NCBI GenBank assembly: GCA_965541585.1
Contig: CBEUCH010000008.1
Coordinates: 98,633-162,632, forward strand
Source of the DNA: an uncultured bacterium
GTDB taxonomy: Bacteria > Zixibacteria > MSB-5A5 > UBA10806
Direction: 5' to 3'
Length of the DNA stretch: 64,000 bases
Part shown: piece after piece, positions 47,376-55,211 of the stretch
How positions within the stretch are numbered: the first letter of the stretch is position 1
Layout of the letters: each line of letters begins with the position of its first letter
The notes under the pieces: model-generated
The model's database searches: none
What the model saw: the letters and a program-made list of their open reading frames with translations, nothing else
What the model was told of the DNA's origin: nothing
Position numbers and translations under genes: made by a program

Positions 47376-50300
47376 ATGCTTCAAAGAGCGGCTCTGGGGC
47401 CAGTTTCGCTGCTGGTATTAGCTTACGTTTCCCTCATAATTTCGATTCCGACGGCTCATGCAGGAGAAGAATCGACGGTCTATAAAGGTATCTTCGTCTC
47501 AGATGAGCCGATTAGCGGTTCGATCAGGATTACCTTCCCCGATGGTGACATTGATCCTGTCTCAGCCTATCTGGAAACTGACACCGACCGGAAAATAGCT
47601 GCTACTTTCGGCCAAACTGGAAATCGAATTTCACTGAAACCCTTCAATCAATCGATCTCGATTTCGCGTGTAGTCCTCCTGCTGCAAAAGATTGCAACTG
47701 ATCCGGATTTATCCGCAGCCATAGTTGAAGCCGGGGGGAAGATAATATCCGGAAGCTGGCGTGATCTCTCGCCATTGTTGCTCGGAAATCTTGCAAATGT
47801 CACGGACAGCCTTTTGCTGGCAACGGTGGCGGCGGCCGATACTCACAAGATCGCCTTCAATACTACGACTGATGCCCTGAGTGATTCGGGGATAATCTGG
47901 GTGACGTTTCCATCCGGATTCGATATCGCGGCAGTAGACAGTGCAGTCTATTCGGATAACGATGCCGGTAACGACGGTAACGAACCTGTCATAAGCTCGA
48001 TTGCCATCGTCGATCAAACCGTCCAATTCCAGCTTAACCTGGGGGCTTTACCGGCTGTTCCGGCATCACGCATATCAGTGGAGTTCAGCCCTGTTACCAA
48101 CGATACGGTGGCCCAGAATTATACGGTCGTGGTGATGACAACGGATTCAACGGGCAATATCGACAACGGTCCGGCAGTCTCCGGGGAATTCTCTCTCCAG
48201 CCGGGACCGCTGGATCACATAATTATAATGCCCGATACCGCACTTACTATTCCTGCAGATTCGGTCATAAATTTCGATGTCAGCGGAAACGATCAATACG
48301 AGAACGAAATAGACACCCTCGTCTTCACATATAATGTCACTGTCGACTCCTGTGGCGATGTTGTCGATGGGGTTTTCATAGCCGATAAGGTGGGGGACTG
48401 TTATTTCACCGCCAGCGCCGATGGCATTACAGACTCCTCCGGTCTGATAACCGTCGTTCCGGGGCCTTTAAGCAGTTTTTCCATCTCCGGAACTCCTTCC
48501 ACCCGGATGGCAGGACAGGTATTTCCATCCATTGTTAATGTCACGGCCTACGATACCAGAGATAATATCAAGACCGACTATCTCGGGGACCTCTGGTTTG
48601 AATCGAGCGATCCCGCCGCAGTCCTATTATATGATTCGGGAAATCCTTATACATTTGTTGTGGAGGATACAGGCAGCGCCGATTTCGCAGGTACCGGTTT
48701 CGAATTGCGCACCGCCGGTAGCCAGACGATTACGGCAACCAACGGCACTATTATGGTAGCCTCCGATCCCATCGACGTAAGCGCCGCGCTGATAGACACC
48801 TTTACGTTCAGTGTCGGCCTGGTTCAGAACGCCGGCGTGGTTTTCGACTTGCAGGTTTTATTCGCCGAAGATCAATTCGGGAATCCCGCTTCTGCTGAAG
48901 TAATTATATCTACTCCTTTTGGCGGCGGCTCCTCTCCCGACGGTATCCCGCCCACCTTGAATAATATCGAAGTCGTCGATGGTTCCGGATCAGCATCGCA
49001 GACTTTGACCAATGCCGTTCCTACCGTGTTGAGAGGATCTGCCGCCGGAGTCGTGGTCGAAACAACAATAGTAGTCCAGCCCGGCTTTCTGGGCAGATTT
49101 GAAATGTCCGGCTATCCGGATACGACGATCGCGGGTGATCTGTTCCCCGATCCGGTAACCGTAGTTGTTTTTGATGTTTTCGGCAATCAGAAAACCAACT
49201 ATGGAGATTGGGTCTATTTCACCAGCTCTGATCCCCTGGCTGTTTTGCCATATACAGTATCGTCAAAGTACCAATTCGTACCGATCGATTCAGGCTCTCA
49301 TTCTTTTGACGGTTCGGGCTTTTCACTCAGAACGGCCGGTGAGCCGATCATCACCATAACAGACGGAGCCGTTTCTGATACATCGGAGACCATTACCGTC
49401 AATCCAGGCCAGATAAACGAGTTCATAATTTTTGCGCCGCTGTCGCCGGTTACGGCCGGCATCCCTTTTCCGGTCGGGGTGTCGGAATGCCGTGATACAT
49501 ACGGAAACCTCACGGATGGCACGGTCAATGTCGCTGATTCGGTAGGCGGTGGCGCATCGCCGGATGGTACGCAGCCGGCCTACAACTCCATACGCGTCGT
49601 ATCGGGTTCCGGCAGCGCCAACCAGACGCTGGTTAACGCTGTCACGACAGTACTCAAGGGGACTGCTGGCAGCGTGGTGGAGGTTACCGACAGTATCACA
49701 GTCGTTTCCGGAACTACAGGTGAATTTGACCTGGATATCTCTTCGCCTCAAATATCGGGTTATTCGTTTACGGGTACGGCGGAAATCACTGCTTTCGATC
49801 AATATGGCAACTTAAAATCGAATTACGATGCTTCCCTTGATACCGTCGTCGTAGAATCCTCGGCGGCCGGTACCATGCAAAACAACATTTTAGATCTCGC
49901 CGGCGATTTTGTCAACGGTGTGGCTGACCTGGCAGCCAGAGGCACGAGATACGACGGGCGCGGGGGAGTTATGACGTTTTCGGCGACATCTGAATCCGGC
50001 GTAGTTGGAATATCCGATCCCGTCGTCATGCGCGCCGTCTTCTGTGATACGCTCATAATCAATGAGGGAATTGTATCCTGGGGGGATACGGCCACCGGAG
50101 TTATTATTGTCAGCAATGATGGCGACGTGGCTGTCGAGATCACCGATCTTGACGTTTTTACCGAGAGCGGATGGTCGCTGGAACCATCGATTATTTCACC
50201 CGGTCTACCGGATTCCATACAGGCAGGTCTGGACGGTACCTATGATATCTCGATCCCCATCCATAGCGGCTTTGCACTGGGGATTCATCCGCTGTCGGCG

Positions 50301-53300
50301 ACTGCACAGGGATTATATGGACTATTCACTGTCACCGATACGCTCAGCGGATTTCCCGATACGCTTGAGATCCAGTCTGCTTCTCAAATCGATTATGTTA
50401 CCGGTTCTATAAGCAGGGATACGTTATCATCCGGCGAATATTATGCATTATCCTTGAAGTTAAGCAACAGTGGAACTGCAGGATTGGGATTAATAGACAG
50501 CTCCTATCTCTATTTTACCGATGGCTCCCTCGATTTCAGGGCCGGGATTTTCAGCGGAGTTTACCTGCCGCCGGATACTCCCGGGGGGACCGACATAATT
50601 CTCGATTCATCGCTTGTCGATCCGAATTTTATTTCAGATATCTATGAAGCAACTTTCCATTATTTCGGTCAGGAAAATGGACATTTCTTAAGCGGCATTA
50701 TCGTTTTGAGTGATTCTATCACCGTCCAGAGCGGCGCGGATATCAGCTATATAACGGGATCGCAGAATATCGATTCGCTCGTCCTGGGGCAAAATGCGTC
50801 GTTCTCCATTCGGGTCAGGAATAACGGTATCGCATCCCTGATACTCGATCATGAAATGACGAAAATAAGATTTACCGATTCTGTTCGGGATTTTGTGGCC
50901 TATTCTGATACATCTTTCCCCGTGGGTATTGATGTTATAATACCGGGCGACACTACTCTTTATTTTGATCCCACGATCTTATCGCCGGAGTTTGCGCTGG
51001 GGCAATACCTGCCGGACGTAACAATCAGGGGTGTACAGAACGGCAATATTGTGACTATGAACTTCGAGACTGAGCCTGACACGATTGACGTATTATCCAG
51101 GGGAACGTTGAGAATTGATACGACATACGTTATGAGTTTAAACGCTCCATTTGTCAACACCGCCCAGGATTGCTCCGTCAGGGTTGCCTTATCCAATCAG
51201 GGCCAAGAGCCGGTGGATTCCTTATATGTTCACCTTTCCAGCGACGGCGCCTCGGTTTTTCCCGAATCGCTTCTTGTGGAGCATATAGGTGGCCTGGAGG
51301 CAAGCGCTATTATGTTTTCTCTAAGCGCAGCAGTAGACCCGGACTCCGGAGAAGTGTTTGCGAGTGCATTATCGGGGGGAAGGGGTAACGTATCGGGCCT
51401 GCCGCCGCTTTTTCTGCCACCGCTGGACAATGCAGCCTTGCTTGTCATCGAGACACCCGCGGAATTAGCGCTGTCCGCAATCGGGGTGGCTGCTCCACCG
51501 GAGGCTATGGATGATACGGTAACTGTCAACCAGCCGGTCAGGATTTCGGCACTGGTGAATAATCTCGGCCAGGCGGACATAACCGGTTCTCAAAGGCTCG
51601 TCCTCGATACGGGCTCCTCCGGTTTCATTGTCACGGATTCGGTCAACAGGGATTATGTTCTCGATCAGGATGTCTTCTGGGATATTACGGCGCCGGGCAA
51701 TCCTTCCGGTTCTGCGATCCTGACGGTGAGGTTCTTGCAAAGAGCGAATGATTCCAATGATGGTTCCGACGCCACAGGTCCGGACTCGGTTTCCACCAGG
51801 GAGTTTGTTATAGATACCAGTCCTTACCTGTTACATCGACCGGTGATAAGCGATCCAGCCGGTGCGCTGGACGGGATAATCTCCACAGACCAGACGTTTA
51901 CTTTAACTGATACAATAGACGTGTTCGGAACTTATGTCAATCTATCGGCAGCCATCATACTACCTCCGGGATTCACGACCGAGGATCCTCTCGTCAAGCA
52001 TCCGATTGGCAATACGGCATCCTGGGATATCAGGGCTCCGGCCGGATCAAGACAGGATTCCGTCGGCGTTTTAAGCTGGCTATACGATGTCAATACGGGC
52101 GATTCGATATCCAGCGGGCCTGATTTTGTCAATACTACGGTTGTCGAGGCTGCCACATTGAACCTCGGATCGCAAATTATCGGGCCCCGGGCGGCTCTCG
52201 ACGGCATAATCGAGCCCGGTGGTCATTTCGAATATGAGGCTCTGGTGGTTAATGGCGGGCAGGCCGACGTTGGAACAGGACGATTATCGTTGCATCTCGG
52301 CAACCCTGATTTGATCCCTGCCGAGGAAACGGAACGCGATTTTGCGCCGGGCATTCCGGTCGTCTGGACCATCACTGTGCCCAACCTTGAGATTTCGAAT
52401 GCGATTCCGGTATGGGTAACGCTGGATTCAATCCCGGATGAGGAAAACACAGGGATTCGGGCTCCGGTTGTAAATGATTCAACATCCGTTCTTGTCACTA
52501 TCAGGGAACTGTTGCCGAGGCTGGAATTAATCCCCGGCGAGCTTCATTCGGGCTCGGTGGTAAAAGGCCAGAAGCTTAATTTTATGTCATTTGCCCTGAG
52601 CAATAACGACCGCGGCGGATCATTTCTTATCGGCGTGACTCAGATGACATTCAGGTTGGACTCGAATCTGCCTTCCAATTCTACTGGCTCGCCCGTGGTA
52701 TTAACCGGGGCAACTATTTTCGTCGATTCGACGGAGTATGAAAGCAGTGAAATTACGGCCGACGAAATCAGGTTCGAGTTCTCGGATACGCTTGATATAG
52801 CCCCCGGCGAGAACGCCGAGCTTGATCTGTGGTTGAATATATCATTAAACTCGGAAGTCAGGGATTTCGTAATTGGGCTCGATAGCCGGGATATAGAAGG
52901 TGTCGTCCTGGATGGAGGAGTCCCCACGGCCGAATTGACCGCTGTCTCCCGACAGGGTGTCCCATTACTCTGGAACAGCGATCCTACGGCTGTTCTGGCG
53001 CGATCATTTGCCGGTTCGGTCTCCAGCTATCCGAATCCCTTCAATCCGAAAAACAACGCGGCAAAAATAGGATACTATCTTGCCGCCGATTCGGATCTGG
53101 AAGTGAAGATTTTCACCCTCCTGGGCGAGTTAGTCTGGTCGAAGGAAATTCAAGCCACGGCTTCCCTTGGACGCGCCGGACTGCATACCGGCCAGACGGC
53201 CCTGCAATGGAGCGGCAAAAACGATTCTGGTTCCGATATCAGATCTGGCGTATATATCTGCGTCATCAAAAACAGGTCCACAGGCGAGGAGGAGCGATTC

Positions 53301-53321
53301 AAAATTGCTGTCGTAAAGTAG
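47376..53321 (+). CDS. Very large (1981 aa) secreted Ig-like repeat protein, putative adhesin or surface protein, with FlgD/T9SS-like C-terminal domain
   Basis: Signal peptide ending AHA-G; acidic, D/S/T/V-rich beta repeats with D.[YF]GN motifs; tail YPNPFNP...IFTLLGELV...WSGKND.G...SGVY...KIAVVK. Confidence 0.85.
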   Translation: MLQRAALGPVSLLVLAYVSLIISIPTAHAGEESTVYKGIFVSDEPISGSIRITFPDGDIDPVSAYLETDTDRKIAATFGQTGNRISLKPFNQSISISRVVLLLQKIATDPDLSAAIVEAGGKIISGSWRDLSPLLLGNLANVTDSLLLATVAAADTHKIAFNTTTDALSDSGIIWVTFPSGFDIAAVDSAVYSDNDAGNDGNEPVISSIAIVDQTVQFQLNLGALPAVPASRISVEFSPVTNDTVAQNYTVVVMTTDSTGNIDNGPAVSGEFSLQPGPLDHIIIMPDTALTIPADSVINFDVSGNDQYENEIDTLVFTYNVTVDSCGDVVDGVFIADKVGDCYFTASADGITDSSGLITVVPGPLSSFSISGTPSTRMAGQVFPSIVNVTAYDTRDNIKTDYLGDLWFESSDPAAVLLYDSGNPYTFVVEDTGSADFAGTGFELRTAGSQTITATNGTIMVASDPIDVSAALIDTFTFSVGLVQNAGVVFDLQVLFAEDQFGNPASAEVIISTPFGGGSSPDGIPPTLNNIEVVDGSGSASQTLTNAVPTVLRGSAAGVVVETTIVVQPGFLGRFEMSGYPDTTIAGDLFPDPVTVVVFDVFGNQKTNYGDWVYFTSSDPLAVLPYTVSSKYQFVPIDSGSHSFDGSGFSLRTAGEPIITITDGAVSDTSETITVNPGQINEFIIFAPLSPVTAGIPFPVGVSECRDTYGNLTDGTVNVADSVGGGASPDGTQPAYNSIRVVSGSGSANQTLVNAVTTVLKGTAGSVVEVTDSITVVSGTTGEFDLDISSPQISGYSFTGTAEITAFDQYGNLKSNYDASLDTVVVESSAAGTMQNNILDLAGDFVNGVADLAARGTRYDGRGGVMTFSATSESGVVGISDPVVMRAVFCDTLIINEGIVSWGDTATGVIIVSNDGDVAVEITDLDVFTESGWSLEPSIISPGLPDSIQAGLDGTYDISIPIHSGFALGIHPLSATAQGLYGLFTVTDTLSGFPDTLEIQSASQIDYVTGSISRDTLSSGEYYALSLKLSNSGTAGLGLIDSSYLYFTDGSLDFRAGIFSGVYLPPDTPGGTDIILDSSLVDPNFISDIYEATFHYFGQENGHFLSGIIVLSDSITVQSGADISYITGSQNIDSLVLGQNASFSIRVRNNGIASLILDHEMTKIRFTDSVRDFVAYSDTSFPVGIDVIIPGDTTLYFDPTILSPEFALGQYLPDVTIRGVQNGNIVTMNFETEPDTIDVLSRGTLRIDTTYVMSLNAPFVNTAQDCSVRVALSNQGQEPVDSLYVHLSSDGASVFPESLLVEHIGGLEASAIMFSLSAAVDPDSGEVFASALSGGRGNVSGLPPLFLPPLDNAALLVIETPAELALSAIGVAAPPEAMDDTVTVNQPVRISALVNNLGQADITGSQRLVLDTGSSGFIVTDSVNRDYVLDQDVFWDITAPGNPSGSAILTVRFLQRANDSNDGSDATGPDSVSTREFVIDTSPYLLHRPVISDPAGALDGIISTDQTFTLTDTIDVFGTYVNLSAAIILPPGFTTEDPLVKHPIGNTASWDIRAPAGSRQDSVGVLSWLYDVNTGDSISSGPDFVNTTVVEAATLNLGSQIIGPRAALDGIIEPGGHFEYEALVVNGGQADVGTGRLSLHLGNPDLIPAEETERDFAPGIPVVWTITVPNLEISNAIPVWVTLDSIPDEENTGIRAPVVNDSTSVLVTIRELLPRLELIPGELHSGSVVKGQKLNFMSFALSNNDRGGSFLIGVTQMTFRLDSNLPSNSTGSPVVLTGATIFVDSTEYESSEITADEIRFEFSDTLDIAPGENAELDLWLNISLNSEVRDFVIGLDSRDIEGVVLDGGVPTAELTAVSRQGVPLLWNSDPTAVLARSFAGSVSSYPNPFNPKNNAAKIGYYLAADSDLEVKIFTLLGELVWSKEIQATASLGRAGLHTGQTALQWSGKNDSGSDIRSGVYICVIKNRSTGEEERFKIAVVK

Positions 53322-55153
53322 TACTGAGCGCAGCCGTTCTCCTGTTATCCTGGAGTTCGATAGCATTCTCTGAAGGCGACGCCGGCCGGGAATCGCTTTT
53401 TTCGCTGGGTGCGGGAGCGCGGGGGATGGGTATGGGACGAGCTTTCGTTTCGCTCTCGGGTGATGCCTCGGCTCCCTTCTGGAACCCCGGCGCTACGGCC
53501 TCCATAGATAAAACTGAGGTCATGGCATTTCACACTTCCCTTTTTCTGGGAACCAACTACGAATGTCTCGGGCTATCTCATCCTCTGGGGGAAATCGGAG
53601 TTTTTTCGCTATCGGTCGGCAGGGTTGCCACAGACGGTATTGAACGCAGGGACGAATTCAATCGACTTATCGATGAGTTTTCATCGTCCGAATCACAATA
53701 TGGATTGAGTTTCGCACGTGATATCCGTTTCGGCCTATCCGGGGGACTGACGCTGAAAGCTGTCATGGTTGATATCGGTAATGTCAGCGGATCCGGATTC
53801 GGCGCCGATCTGGGATTTCAATACCGACCTTCCTTCGTCAAAGGGGTGACAGTAGGTGCGGCATTCAACGACTTGATAAAGCCTGCCGTAAAACTGGTAT
53901 CGGTCAAAGATGAGTATCAGACAGTCAGCAGATTTGGAATATCCTCGCAGAACAGGCCATTCAAGGATGCCAGTTCCACGGTTTCCCTTGACCTCGAGAA
54001 AACAAAGGGCAGGAGCGTCAGGATACGTGCCGGGCTGGAGGCGGCCTTCTACCGGCAATTCTCGCTTCGCCTGGGATATGATGACGGACGGCCCACTTTC
54101 GGGGCGGGATTATTGTATAACCTTGTCAGGCTGGACTATGCCTATGAGGATGTTGAACATCTCGGCGGCAGCCATAGAGTATCGGTTGCTTTTGCCTTCG
54201 GGAAGTCCGTGGCGCAGGCCAGTGAGGAGAACAAGGCACGGATAATCCATGAAGAAAAGGAGAGATGGGAAGAATCGCTCGAATCGGAACGAAAGAACAA
54301 ATCCAATACCTATATGGACATGGCAGACAGCTTAAAGGACCACGGCCAATACCATGAAGCCCTGGATTATTATCAGAGGGCGTCGGCTCTTGATTCCGGT
54401 TTTGTCGAGGCTCGGGCCGGGGCGGATAGTATGATGGCCCGCATCGTCGGTCGGGCGGTGGCGGACGCCGGTGACAGGAAAAGAAAAGATCTGATCGCCG
54501 GTAGGATTGAATCCGCCCTCACCGCTTTCCGTCAAGGGCGTTTGAATGAAGCCATATCGAATTATGATCTGCTTCTGGAGATAGATCCGGAAAACGAGAC
54601 CCTCATCGATCTGCTCAAAACCGCCAGGGAGACCCGTCGGGAAGAAATCGAGGACAGCAGGAATACTGCCAGAACTTACCAGGAAGCGGGCGATTATGTC
54701 AATGCCATAGCGGCCTGGGATCGGTTGCTGGCGCTCGACCGGACGGATACGGAGGCAGCCGATTCGATCGATGTCCTCAGGAAAGAACTGGAGGTAGGCA
54801 ATCTGGTAACCGCAGCCCTGGCTGCCATTGAGGAAGGCAGGTACGCCCGCGCGGTAAGCCATCTGAGAAAGGCAGCGGAATTGAAACCGCAGGATAAGAC
54901 TATTGCATCGCTGCTGAAAAATGCTCGAGCTAAATCTGCTCCACTCACCACGCTTGAAGATATAAAGTCATCTCCCGATCACTGGAGGATTTATCTCTCC
55001 GGTCTCGAAAGCTATCAGGCCAACGAATACGAAAAGGCGCTGAATTCCTGGCGTAGCCTGCGAGAATCTTATCCGAACAATCCGGAGTTGGAAAAGAATA
55101 TAAGCCAGGCCGAACAGAGGCTGGCTGCTGAAGGCGATTCCTCCCCAGAATAG
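53207..55153 (+). CDS. PorV/PorQ-like outer-membrane barrel fused to a C-terminal TPR region
   Basis: LGAGARGMGMGRAF...DASAPFWNPG N-terminal signature; GFGADLG; RLDYAY...LGGSHRVS; then coiled coil and TPRs. Start uncertain. Confidence 0.82.
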   Translation: MERQKRFWFRYQIWRIYLRHQKQVHRRGGAIQNCCRKVVLSAAVLLLSWSSIAFSEGDAGRESLFSLGAGARGMGMGRAFVSLSGDASAPFWNPGATASIDKTEVMAFHTSLFLGTNYECLGLSHPLGEIGVFSLSVGRVATDGIERRDEFNRLIDEFSSSESQYGLSFARDIRFGLSGGLTLKAVMVDIGNVSGSGFGADLGFQYRPSFVKGVTVGAAFNDLIKPAVKLVSVKDEYQTVSRFGISSQNRPFKDASSTVSLDLEKTKGRSVRIRAGLEAAFYRQFSLRLGYDDGRPTFGAGLLYNLVRLDYAYEDVEHLGGSHRVSVAFAFGKSVAQASEENKARIIHEEKERWEESLESERKNKSNTYMDMADSLKDHGQYHEALDYYQRASALDSGFVEARAGADSMMARIVGRAVADAGDRKRKDLIAGRIESALTAFRQGRLNEAISNYDLLLEIDPENETLIDLLKTARETRREEIEDSRNTARTYQEAGDYVNAIAAWDRLLALDRTDTEAADSIDVLRKELEVGNLVTAALAAIEEGRYARAVSHLRKAAELKPQDKTIASLLKNARAKSAPLTTLEDIKSSPDHWRIYLSGLESYQANEYEKALNSWRSLRESYPNNPELEKNISQAEQRLAAEGDSSPE

Positions 55154-55155
55154 AC

Positions 55156-55184
55156 TTTACTTAGTTCGGAATCCGCCTTAAAAT
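55156..55184 (+). promoter_or_regulatory. Possible sigma70-type promoter of the signalling/EPS operon
   Basis: TTTACT-17 nt-TAAAAT. Confidence 0.45.
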
Positions 55185-55211
55185 TAACGTAAGATGGGGT
55201 CGGTGTAGGCT

